A DNA stretch of 64,000 nucleotides from the human T2T-CHM13v2.0 reference genome, Homo sapiens. This document shows positions 46,301-61,260 of the stretch, one piece after another. The stretch lies in NCBI RefSeq assembly GCF_009914755.1, contig NC_060927.1; one strand, 5' to 3'. A program made the translations under genes and the position numbers. The first letter of the stretch is position 1. Every line of letters starts with the position of its first letter. The notes under the pieces were generated by a model, which was not told the DNA's origin, ran no database searches, and saw only the letters and a list, made by a program, of their open reading frames with translations.

Positions 46301-46924
46301 TAAATTTTAAAAGCCTTATAAACAGAAAGCAAAACAAAACAAAGAACACTGGACTTGATTTTAACCCAAGTCAGGTGTCCCAGGCCTGCTGCCCACCAGC
46401 TAGGTGACTTTGTCAAGTCCCCTGATCCTCTGAGCCTGTTCCTCACACCTCCTTCTTGGAGCTCATGTAAGGACTCTGGTGGTATGTGAGTGCCACACTG
46501 GTGTAAGATATGGCTGGCTTGATGGCCTCAGAAAAGAAAAAAAGAAGAAACAAAAATGCAGCAACCTTTCCTGCAACCCTTATGTGGACAAGCTGTGGCT
46601 TTCACTTCCTCTCCTACTGCTTAGGAGCCTTCTGTAATAACTCCATAAGAACAGGCACGGGAAAAAGCCCACTCCTCCCCCAATGCCCGTAACAACAAGT
46701 GCCTTAAAAAAATTTTAAAGCCTTGGCTTTTGCAATACACATCTCCACTGACTCATGCCCTGGCCAGTTAAGTTGGTTTAAGGTTGGAGCCTTCAGATGT
46801 TATTGTTAGTCATGATTCAACAAAGTCTGTAAAAGGAGCTGGAATAAGAGTTGAACAGGTTTGTGTAATTTACTGAGCAAGCAAAATTGTTTTGAGTAGA
46901 CTGGTGGCAATCTTCAAAACTTCA

Positions 46925-47167
<243 letters not shown>

Positions 47168-47649
47168 TCAGTCCTCCCACTGTGGCTCTGCCTCATCGAA
47201 TTCCAACTCAGGTTACTAAATTAAAAGACACAGGCACACAAACCAATTTCATTTTCATGGTAGAAGAACATAACTCTCAAATAAGCTTGCTCTTCTTCAA
47301 AGAAATTACTGCAATGATCTGGATGCTTATTCATTTATTATATATATCATATCTACTTCTCAAAAAGGATATGGGAAACCTTAAACATCAATTATTTGCC
47401 AAGAAAGGGGAATTGTAGGAGAAAGAAAACTTCTTTTTTGAAAGATTACTACCTATTCCATTTTCAGAACTCAATATGGGACACTAAACTCACTGCTAAT
47501 TTCTGTCCAGATACCAATTTAAAAGCCAAGGAACAAACTATTCAGAAATGGTTCAGCACCGTAAGACAGGGTGAGAAAAAATAAAATAAATGTTATCTGC
47601 ATTTTGAGGTAGTGGTTGTTTCATTTCAGGCAAAGTAACAAGAATTTTA

Positions 47650-47935
<286 letters not shown>

Positions 47936-47979
47936 TACCCCAACCCCCTACCCCAACCCTTGCCCAAAATGAAAAAGAT

Positions 47980-48250
47980 GCCTGGGCATAGTGGCTCACA
48001 CCTGTAATCCTAGCACTTTGGGAGGCCTAGGCAGGGGGTTCACTTGAGCCCAGGAATTTGAGGCCAAGCTGGGCAACATAGTGAGACCCTGTCTATATAA
48101 AAAGTAAAAAATTAGCCAGACACAGTGGTAAATGCCTATCCAGCTACTCGAAGGCTGAGGTAAGAAGATCACTTGAGCCCAGCAGCTTGAGGTTACAGTG
48201 TGCTATGATCGTGCCACTGCACTCCCGCGTGGGCAAAAAAGTGGGACATT
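47980..48250 (+). mobile_element. AluJ (tandem to the previous one)
   Basis: gcctgggcatagtggctcacacctgtaatcc...ccactgcactcc. Confidence 0.88.
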
Positions 48251-49120
48251 ATTGTCTGTGAACTGTGCGATCTTCACCAAACATCTAAAACAAAATAACC
48301 TTCAAATCAAATATGCAAACTTTTTCAGCTCACATCAATTCACAAGGCCTGTCACATGCATGAGAAATATGAGTACATCTCTATGCAAATCAATCTTTAA
48401 GGTGACATAATGAAACAAAAGGTTTTCCCTTTGTAGTTTTTTTTAGATTCAAAAAAATTTGGAATACTCCAAAAGGAAAGGGGCCAAGAGATGCTGGAAA
48501 ACCCAAAGAGGTTTAGTTGACTGGTACCTGATTTGCAGCTTCTAAGCTGACACCCATTCTCCCCTTTATAGACTCAATCCCTGCCTCTCTCCTCCCTTCT
48601 CTCTTCCCTTTTGAGGCTTCAGCACTACCCGCACAAAGGCTGACTGCACACCTGACCTGAGCTCTGCAGTGGCTCCCAGTCCTGGCTACCCACCAGTCTC
48701 CAGTGTGTTCACTCAGTATGCCAGGTGAGGACGCAGGCTCAGTAGTATTAAAAGCCCCACAGGTGATTCTGCTGAGAGGCCAAGGCTGTAACCTGTCTGT
48801 CCAGTAGTGCTGGCACCAAGGACATGCCATCCACCAGGGAAAATGCCTGGTATCGGGAGTTAAGAGAGTAACGGGTGAGGCCTAGAGAAAAGCATTAAGC
48901 CCCTCTGAGCCTCACTTACCTATAAAAACACAGTGCTACTTGCCCACATGTGTCAAGGACTTTGGGAGGAGGGGTGGAAGACAATGATATATGTGGAAGG
49001 AGTCTGCAGTGTCACGGGGGACACAAATGAGCACTACTGTTGCAGCTGTCATTATTATTAATGAACTTTAGTTCATTTCTGCACGGGATGATCCCAAACC
49101 CCAGCCCTGTCCTGTATTTA

Positions 49121-49333
<213 letters not shown>

Positions 49334-51230
49334 TCACCCAATTTTACCCTATACGTTGTCCTTCAAAGGACACAACACATTTGATACTCTTACCGCAGAG
49401 AGTAAGGCTTGAAGTGGGTGAACTACTTGCAGGCCTTCATCTGAGAATAATCTGCAGACTCCAGCAAACATATCATGGAAAACATATTAACAAGAGGCTT
49501 CCAAACATCTGTGGATTCTATTGGAATGTCACTTTCCCTCCTCTGCTCTATCAGAATCTCTGGGTTTGGAGTCAGATAGGAACCAAATAAAACTCAGTTT
49601 TATATTAGAGTAAAACCTGGAGGTAGGTAAGTGAAGCACTTCTCACACCAGAAGTCAGCTTGAGGAGGAAGAGATGGGCTCAGCTCAGCTAATGATGGTT
49701 TGTTTTTAAGGTGCGTGGGGAACAGGTGCAGGGGAAGGGCCTAAAGGGCTTGGCAGAAACATGTGCAGAAGGAGGAAGGGAGGGACAAGGGCAGAGGTGC
49801 GTGAGTGCGGCCGTGTAACTGCCTCATCTGTGTTCCATGAAACCATCAGTAAAATCTACAAGTCTGCCAACGCTTTCCTGGTTGGATTTCCTGTTCTTTA
49901 TCAGATATGCCAAATCACTACATTGAATCAGAAGGAGCCCAGGGGTGAGACCAGGGGTGTCTCTAGGCAGCCCAGTCACACTGGGCTAAGGATAAAATGG
50001 ATATGGGTCTGTCTCACAAGTTTGGCATGGATGGCATAGGAAGGCCCAGGTGCAGGCCTGTCTTCAAAACCTCTCCCCACAGAGCTTATACCTAAAATCC
50101 AATTCAGAGGAAGGAGATGTGACCGTAACTGTTTGAGGCTTAAATTCACCACTCAAAAGCTTGTTGTGATGGAAATGGGATATGTTGGTCAGAGACTCTG
50201 CCATGAGGCTGCAAAGCAGGGCTCTGTCAGCTGGGAGCATATAATGGCCAAGGCGGATGGAATAAAAGGGACAGCCACAGAAGACACTTGGGCAAGTTTG
50301 CAAATTAGGATTCATATTCCTGATAGGTCAGCCCAGAAACTCAAGAAAGTAGGCAGGAATTCAAAACCTCCTGACCTACCACAAGCACCTGCTCTCTCAG
50401 GCTCTGGCTCTGGGTAGGGTAAGCTGGAACCAATACCCTCCCCACCCCTTCAAAGGTCAGAAATATTTACAGTGTGTATATGTGATGGGGGAAGGGGGAG
50501 CAGTGGTTTGCCAGAGGGTTCCTATACCTCATACTATTCAAATTTTAATTCCAACACTATATTGAGTCAGGAAATATTGGCATTAAATGCCAGTGATTGA
50601 GGCTGTACCACATATTTCCTGATTCAATGGGGTAAACATCCTGGTGTATAGCACCTTTTAGCTCAGAACTATATTTCTTCTTACTGCTGACTCAAGGAAA
50701 TGATACCATATGAAGTAGTTTTAAAAAACAAAAAGGTGTTAACTCTCTTTAACTACAGAAGCTGTAAGACATTTCCCCATGTATGTTTTGGGTACAGCCA
50801 GGACACCTGGAAGTGAAGGCAGGCAGCAGCCTGGTTTATTGGCTTTATAAAAACCACCATGACATGTCTGCAGATAGACGATCTCAGCAGATGCGCGGGG
50901 GAGAATCTTGATGGTATATCCTGTCTAAATCAGTTTTCCACTGACGATTGAGGTGAGAACAAAGTGTTTAGTGGTGATAACCAGGAAATTCAGGCCGTTG
51001 GAAAGAGGTGAGCAAGGCATTGTAAAGTGAAGCATGTCAATTATACAAACACACACCCTGCAGAATTTCATTAAGACCCTCACATCACAGCCCAGGTCTG
51101 TAAGCTCCCAAAGACAGGAACTTGTCCTTATTTTTGGCAAACTTACCATTATACCAGCCTTTAGAACATCAAAACTTTTTTAATGGCAAACATTTGAGGC
51201 TATACTTTTAATCAGGCCCATTAACTGAAT

Positions 51231-51233
<3 letters not shown>

Positions 51234-51284
<51 letters not shown>
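51234..51284. repeat. Pure (AT)~25 microsatellite
   Basis: uninterrupted alternating TA. Confidence 0.98.
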
Positions 51285-51287
<3 letters not shown>

Positions 51288-52632
51288 GGAACTATTTATT
51301 TTAAAAGGTATTTTTAGGGGGAAGGGAACAATAGTTCCTTTGTACTGCAAATCAAAATGCTGCATGGCCTTTTTATGTTTTGAGATTATGGATCCACTTT
51401 CATTAACTAATTCCTTAATTTTTTTTAGCTTCTAATCAGAACCCACATACACTATCCAGAGAAGCAATACAATGGCAGCAAAGGACAGGAAATCTGCAGG
51501 GTACAGGAGAGCTGATTCTGCTTTAAACCAGGTCATTGTGCCAAGAGCCCGATGCCGAGCTACACCCTCATCACAGTGAAACACAGTCCAAGCTGAGCCC
51601 ATACTGAATCTCCAGAAATGGTTTCTTAGAACCTTCACCTATTTTAGCCTAAATAGCTACCGCCTACCTCAAAGGGGTCTGAGGGAACCTACAAATGCTT
51701 CTTATCCATTAACTCTTGCCCTCTCAGTTAAAGACCCAGATGGCTACTTGATTATTAAAATTAACCAAGTAACCAGCAACTCACTTAGCCTAGGGATGTT
51801 CCAAGCCATTCCAACCAATGATGCCCCAGAGAGCAGTCTTCAACAGAGATGAAACTGGACCCTATGGGAAGCAGAGCCTATGCCAGCCACTAAAACACCA
51901 ACATTCATGCAAGCAAGGAATGTTTTTTGCTTCTAGAAAGTCAATTTTCATGGCTTCAGACTGTCTAAAGATCTGTTTGCATTATGAGAAAAGAAGAAGA
52001 AACTAGCCAAAAAGTAGATGTGTTTTAGCAAGCATTTCATAATCCTGGGGAATGCGGACTAAAACTAAATTTATTTCCAGACTTCAACTGTCCAAAGTCA
52101 TAAAGTTAAAGGCTTTAGTTGCTCTGATGCAGCGGCTGAGGAATGAAGAGAGGAGAGTGACAAAGAGAACCTCTTCCACATTTATGATGCACTAAAATTA
52201 AAATACTGCTCTACTTCATGGACCCAAGTATCCCACCAGACCTCACAAGACTCATCCACACTAACATGGACATTAAAGAAACTCGCAGAACCAGCCCTTT
52301 AGAGCCAGGATCCTTCCTCATCGTCTCAGATGTCAGAGAGTGCAAATGGTGGGAAATGTCCAGCCATTGATGTCAGCATATCTAACACCATCATTCTCTA
52401 TAAGAAGAAAGTCATTTAGCTCCAGCTGGCGTGTTTGGTGAGGAGCCCTTCCCAGAATACCTTAGGCTGTGGTATTTGTGGGCAGCCAGCCAAGCAGCAG
52501 GTGTGTTGACTTTAAACTGACTTCACACTTACTGAAAAGAAAGAAGAAATGTACAAACCTCCTGTCTCAAATCAAGGGGTTTACCTGCTCCCTGATATGC
52601 AAAGTTCTGCACTCCTGGATGGAATAGGCTGA

Positions 52633-53036
<404 letters not shown>

Positions 53037-53575
53037 TGTTCTGGAGTTTTGTAAAACAGCAAAGCCATGGCATTTTGCTCTTGAGGGGCGCAGAATTTAA
53101 AGTAGAAAGTTGGCACATCACTGTTTTAAGAAATGTCTCTTGAGATCCCACATCATTCTTATTTCAAATCTAAGTTTCCTGGGCAAAGTGTAGGGAAAGC
53201 AGCATAGCAAACTCTAAAGAATTTTATCTCAGAAAATGAGTTTTTTAAAAAGATGGAGTCATCCTATGCTTTACATCTCAAGGGCTGCCATTAGCAGACT
53301 ACAATGTATGTGAATAGGCCACCCTGTTAAGTAACATGCGGGTTGTGGCCTAAGGTACATTCAGGACTCAGCATTCTTCCCCTTGATAAACACTCACTGA
53401 AGTGGTTTCCCCAACCTTGAGCCACTGCAACAATGGGCATTGCGTATACCTGGACTAGATTTCTTTACCACCCATAAACTCCCACTTCCTTATTTAGCTG
53501 TCTGCAGCAAAGGTCTCTGCAAGAGCTGCTTTAAGCAGGCAAAAGGACGACATGAAGTTGTTGGCTGCTTGCTCA

Positions 53576-53794
<219 letters not shown>

Positions 53795-53944
53795 TTAGGT
53801 GCCAGCACTGGGTGAGGCCCTTTATTGGCATTATTTTTATTTATTGGCAAATCAAGGTGTGTTAATACCCTGTTCATACAGCTGGGTGGAAAACCACCGA
53901 AGGTGTTATTAACGGATGAGAAAGAAATACAAGAAAAGAGTCTT

Positions 53945-54247
<303 letters not shown>

Positions 54248-54869
54248 AAGAAAAGAGTCTTAAGGGCAATATGAAGAGTGTTAACTATGCTTCGACTTAG
54301 GGAAATAAGATAATGACCTTTTATCCCAGTTACTCAACACTTCAGTTTCAATATCGTTTTAATACACCTACAATAAATTTAAATAAATGTCAGCTCTGAG
54401 TCATTTCAAACCCAAAACCAAAATGGGCTTAATTGAAAAAAAGAAAGGCTCAAAAACATTTTTACAATGTTAAAGAACCAGCTGAAATGTCATGAGAGAG
54501 GCAAGCCCTTCAGCACGTTAGGGGCCTTTCCTCTAGTGGGCCCGCATACTACGTGCTTTGGTGGGATGTGACGTTGCAAAATAATGGTGTTCACAATGAC
54601 ACAGGTATATCTTTCTATAACATTTTATAGCATTTTTTTTCTGATTACAGAAGCAAGATATGCGTATGTTATTAGGATATCTAGATAAAACAAAACACAA
54701 AAATAGAAAAAAATTTAACACCTAATACCACTACCCTAAAATAACTTCTACAGCATTTCTTTCCTGCCTATTTTAGTTGCATGCATTTTTCCACATCTGC
54801 AGTGTTTTTTACATCAGCACTTTTTGGGCTAAGCAGGGATAAGAGTTATACCATCAATATGTTAAAAGA

Positions 54870-55002
54870 AAATATCCTGGGCTGACCCCAGAGATTCTGA
54901 TTCAGTAGGTTGGGGTGGGAGCCAAGAATATACTACAAATAAGCTCCCAGAGGATGCTGATGCTGCTGGTCTATGGACTGCACATTGAGTAGCAAAGCTC
55001 TA
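54870..55002. mobile_element. MER5A-like DNA element fragment
   Basis: ccccagagattctgattcagtaggttggggtggg...gatgctgatgctgctggtc. Confidence 0.65.
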
Positions 55003-55326
55003 AAACAGAAGCCCATGGATAATCTTTAGAGGGTCCACACACTCTTAGAATCTGCCTGCAAAAATGCGTGATTGTGTGTATACATACACGAATGTCTTTT
55101 TGGGAAGACTCTATAGCTTTCACTAAACTCCCAAAGGGGTATGTAACTGTCCCAAAGTTAAGATCTTTGCCATACAGTAACCTTCTGACCTACCTTACAA
55201 TGACCTAAATCTCTAAAGGATGTTCTTGATTCTCAAAGCCATCCTAAGGGGCAACATTGCAATTCCCCAAAGGATCACACTTGGAGGATTGAGCTGGCAC
55301 TGGGGACTGCTCTGACCTTCAATCTA

Positions 55327-55920
<594 letters not shown>

Positions 55921-58733
55921 TCAGGTTCTTCACTATAATCCTACTGCTCATTATAGGTAAGCGCAGGATCAGAATACCCAGTATGTGCAAATAATAGTAG
56001 TGACAATCACAATTCCAACAATGACAACCGCACCTGCTTCTGTTAACTGAGTGTCCTTGAGGGGCTGGGCCTTTACATGTATTTTTCTCATTTAATATGG
56101 CATTGAGAGGCAGGGATTGCCTTATTTCGATGAATCTAAGATACAATTAATTATAATATACATTACAGTTTCAGAGCTGTTAAAATGTCAAAAAAAAAAG
56201 TACAATTTAGAATCTATGAAGTCTGCTATGATTATCCCCATTTTGCAGATGAGGAGTGTACAGAGAAATCAGAGCACTTGGCCAAAGATCATGGGTGGCA
56301 AACAGCAGAGCTGGAATAAGAACCCTGGTTTTCTCAAGAGCTGTCTAACTCCAGAGCTCACCTCTTAACTTCTAAGATAATTCACCTCCCTGTGTAGAAA
56401 AGAGGAAAACCCACCTTTGACTCTCACTCACTGCCTCTGCTGTGGGACAGAGGGACTATCGAGACACTGGATTTGGTTTAGATCCTGGAAAACCTTTTCC
56501 CAGCAGAGATGGTTGGGATGTGCTTCACAAAACTATCTGCTTCTCTGGCAATTCTTAAATTCCTAAACCCTGCTCCCAAGAACCATGGTTTGAAGCAGAC
56601 CTGTCCAGGACTGAAGCCAAGCCTAAGATGGCTGAAAATGTAATCAACACGACCCCTCAGGCAAAGATTAGCAAATGGTGGAGACAGGTTCTTGGGACTG
56701 ATTCTTACAAGTGACTGTTGTCCACTGTACCTTGCTAGAAGTGTCTGCAATGGCTGGCACTGACAGCCAGTGAGCCAGGGGCCTGGGAGAGACAAAGAGC
56801 CTTCCTCCTCCACCCTCCTGCCTCCTCAGGCCAGGTAAACACTCGCAACCTGATCTGGGAACTCCTGAAACTTTGAAGGAGTAGACTCTGGATATGAAAT
56901 ATGAAATTTTCAGCTCTAATCTCTGATATTCTAAGTAATATTAGCTTTGCAGGAATTACTATTTGATTCTTTCAATAATCTTGAGAAGTGGGTGTTATCA
57001 TCAAACCCACCTGGCACATGAAGGAAGCAACTGTGCGTTGGAAAGGTGAAGGGACTTGTCCAACATTTTCGAGGGTTAAAAGAGAAGCCAGAAGCTGAGC
57101 ACACCCCTGCCTGACTCCAAAGTCTTTGAAACTGCTGTCACCAAGAGGATAAGTGGGCTGCCCTGCAGAGGAGTGAAGGCTGTGTACCACACAAAGATGC
57201 CTCAGTTAAGGACACTCCACTCTCATGGTAGATGCTGTAGATTTGTATGCTTATTAAGACGTTTACCAACAGATGAAAGTGGAGGGTACTGAGAAAGTGG
57301 CACCTTTCAAGAATTCCCACCAAAGTGCTCTGTGGCCTATGTAAAGGACATTGAAATCAGCCCAGGATGTTGGGGGTGGCCAGACTCAGCTGGTACATAG
57401 GATAGACAATGGTCTAGATCAGAAGCTCTACCTGAGGGTCCCCTATTTCACCCTCTTCCCTCCCAATAAGGACCTCCAGGTCTCAAAGTTATCCTCAAGA
57501 ACCAGATATTGAAACACAGAAAAGACTATCTACTTTATGGAGAGACCTCTTAAAGCCAGTGGCAAACTCAGATTTGCAGAGACTGGCATTTCACTTTCTC
57601 TGCCTCTCTGTGTAGATTTAAAAAAGCATCTAATGTCTTAGCTGAAAGTAGACTAGAGTGGTTAGGAGCATAGACTGGTGCCAGGCTGTTGGTATAGAAA
57701 GTGCCCGGTGCACATGAAATGCCATGAAATTGTTAGCTATCAGAGGCCCAAGGCATGGTAGACACAAGATTAAAAGCCTGAGAAAATGTTTTTTATCTTG
57801 TTGACTTTGGAACTTCAGAATGAGAACTGCACTGTGGCCATGCTAGGCCAATGGCTCCTGGTATGGGAGATAACTGCTTGTGGTGCCCAAGCAGTTAGAA
57901 GCCTGGGCCTTTAGTCTGTCAGAAAAGTGTCACAGCGGACTCTGCAGGCATGGAGGAAGTGGTCAGCTTCAGACTGTGTAGTATCAAGTGTCCTAGAGCT
58001 CCGAAGAGCTTAAAGGTCAGCACTGGTGATGAGTGGGGATGGAAAACTTATAAAAACTCTGACCCCTGGGACAGCATCTGAAAGAGTGAAACTTGGAATT
58101 TGCAGCCAAAAAGAAAATAGTCCGTTTCTCCTGAGTCTATGAAACTTTATCTGCACCTTCCTCTGCCTTGCTTTTCTCCAGTGAGATAAGGGATACAAGT
58201 CATAGCCTCTCTCAGTGGACAACGCTGAGCTCAGGGAAGTCTGGGAGGCAGCAGGACTGGACCTACAGTGCATCCCAGGCAATGGGCCATCCGCCAGCCA
58301 GGACCCAGTTGGGCAGCAAAACAAGATAGGTGGGTCTCTGTCCTTCCTGCTCAGTGGGAGAAAGAACATTCTTTTCCAAAGAAGCCAACTTCATCAGAGC
58401 CCAGAAGTTTGGGATTTAGCCAAAGACTTAACAGGCAGCTTCAAAACACACATGTGTGCACTAATGGAAATCAGACCCAGTCCTGGAGCCGGGTGTATGA
58501 TTTTGTTTACAAACTGGCTTTACAGTTCTCTGAAAGGAAACCAGGCAAGCTTTCCAAGCCTTACACAAGGTGGATATTTGAGACCCAAATATTTCAATAT
58601 GATGTGACCTGAGGACTCCAATTACTCGTTGTGTGAACAAAAATGAAAGGGTTGAATTTCAACTGGCAACAGCAAAAAGCCCTGCCACAAGTCCCTCAAA
58701 ACCAAACTCAGCCTGCCCAGCAACCTACCATAC

Positions 58734-58788
58734 CTTGCAAGTCTCGGATGATTCTCTGGAGCTGGCTCTCTGCATTGGTGGAGGCCAT
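58734..58788 (-). CDS. FYCO1: FYCO1 exon 2 coding part (start codon; MASTNAESQLQRIIRDLQ); the exon runs 58900-58734 including 5'UTR
   Basis: ATG at 58788-58786 in context ctcaccATGG; donor CAAG|gtatgg; acceptor cttcctctgtgcag|G at 58900; 55 coding nt. Confidence 0.95.
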
Positions 58789-60874
58789 GGTGAGTTTGCC
58801 TTTCTTGTCTGTATGTCTCCTGCCTGGGTCCAGAGGAAGGCTCAGAATTTCGGCCCTCGGTGGCTGTCTGCTCAGCAGTGGTCAGACTCCATGGTGGCAC
58901 CTGCACAGAGGAAGGGGAGGCCATGGAGGAAGCAGATACAGACACAATTTAACGACAATATTAGAGAACTCTGCTCTGGGCACAAAGGTCACCCTATCTG
59001 GGTGTATTCCCTCAACAGGAGGGCTTGACCTTTCTGTGTGGGCCTTGTTCTGTGGGCACTCTCTGGTTTGTTTCTGACACACTTCTATTCAGACACAGTG
59101 ACCTGGTTTGGGGCTAAACAAGAAATTAGATCAATCATATTGCAGCCTATCTTTTTGAGCTCACTTTCCATTCACCTTAGATAGGACTGCCTTACTTTCC
59201 TTTAAAAAGCCACCTAGTGGCTCTCTCCATCCCCTTATACCAAAGGCTACACGGAATCAGTGCAGCCCAGCTTCAGACAGCTCTGCTAAGCCTAAGGATC
59301 CCCATCTCCCCCACACCTGGCCCCACACCCTCTCCACCTTTCTTTCTCTGAAGAATGGTCAGTCTCTAGCCAGGCAGTGCTAGTTGGGGGAGAGGATGAG
59401 GACACATACCCTCAGAACTTCTGGACCAAGGAAAGCCGGGCTTGCCTGGCAGGGTCCCCTTCGTCGTGAGGCTTGAAGCCTCCAGCTGCCCAGAGTCCAA
59501 CTCAGCCTGGGTGTGCAGATGCTGCCTGGCCTTCTCTCCAGAGGCCTGCACAGCCCCTGCACCAGGCAATGGATGTGTCTCTATTTTTAAGTTTGGTTAC
59601 AGTCCTCTCCCAGCTGGTGAGTCCTGAGTTATCAGCCCTACATGGGCAGCTGTTGAAGTGATTTACCCGTAGGGCTGAAGGCCAACAGAAGTTAAAGAGA
59701 TGTGAGCACATTGGAAAGAGGTCTGGACATGCATCTGGAGATCCTACGTCCTTTCAGAACCTCTCATTCTTCCCTTAGATATCCAGTGCAAGGTTGTAAT
59801 GTTTGCTGGCAAAGTAGATAGCAAGACTAGAGTTGGCTGTGGTGGCAGCCGGCACTAAATGAGGGTCTATTGCGTGCAGGGCTCTGTTACGTGCTTTACA
59901 CACATGATCACTTTTAATTCTCACAATCACCCTGGTGGAGCAGATAACATCGTCCCTGTTTACAAAGGAGAAAATGATGCTCAGAGGAGTCATGTAACTT
60001 GTTTTAGGCCACGGGCCAGTAAGGCGAGGAATCACAGAGACTGAACTCTGGTCAGTCTGATTTCAAACCTGGTGGTTTTCCAATAAGTCCTACTGACTTT
60101 TTAAGACTCAGCCATTGTCACTACAGCAAATGACCAACCACTTCCACCGGCTCGAGGTACTACCATGAACTCCAGCATCTCCCAAGTAATGTGAACACCC
60201 TGAGTGTTCTAACACATGCCACCTCTCACTCTCCCACTGCCACCTTGCCCTCGTGGCTCCAGGAGTCCAGGCAAGCAGATCCTGGCATGGAAACCACCCC
60301 AGCCACAAGCTCCTCCAAATATTTACATAAGGATTCCTGCCTCTGCCCGAGGAGAGGGCCTATCACAGGGCAGAGATAACTAGAGCCTATTTTTAACTAA
60401 CTAGCCAATGTAGCTGTGACTCAGTGCAAACAAGGCCCAAAGAGGGCTTCTCTGGCTTAGGAAGGAAACAGACACATGCCCGTACCACAGTCCCAGGAAT
60501 TCATGAGTCCCAGAGAGAAGAGCTTCAGGGGAGCCACAGAGAACCCCCCAAACCTCCCAACAAGTGTTGGCACCCATCCATCAGGGACACCAAACTGAGG
60601 ATGGGAGTGCTTTATGAGAAGCCTGCCTGCCCATCCCTGGGTGTCTCTCCAGGTCACCAGCTGAACACAGGCCTGAGCAGGGACCAGCCGGGGCCCTAGA
60701 GAGAGCCAGAGAGGATAAGAACCTCCACTATCAACACACAGCTGCCCCAGCACATTCCGTCAAGTGTCTGCTACATGCAGGCTGGGGATACAGAGGCACA
60801 CAAGACACAGTCCAGCCCTGGAAGAGCCTGGCTACCCATCAAGGAGACAGATGGAAAAATATCACATATCCAGA

Positions 60875-61260
60875 TACAATGGAAGAGGCTCACGTAGAGA
60901 TATGGATAAAAAGTCATGGGCACTCAGTACTGAGAAGATATGAACTATGGGCATACAAAACAACATGGAGGAATCTGAAATGCCCTGTGCTGAGTCAAAG
61001 AAGCCTCTCAAACCACCACAACTGTGCAATCCCATTTATATGCTATTCTGGCAAAGGCAAATCATTAGGAGAGAAATCACATCAGTAGCTGCCAGGGTCT
61101 AGGGGAGAAGGGAGAGTCTGACTACAAAGGAGCACAGGAAAATATGGGGGGCAATTCTGTTTACTGCCTTGATTACGGTGATGGTTACATGACTATATGT
61201 ATTTGACAAACATACACTTGTCACAACTCATATAACTATAAGTTATATCTCACAAAAAAG
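60875..61260 (+). mobile_element. Old L1ME-type 3' fragment
   Basis: caacatggaggaatctgaaatgc...tgctgagtcaaagaagcc...ttctggcaaaggcaaa...ggtgatggttacatgact. Confidence 0.7.
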
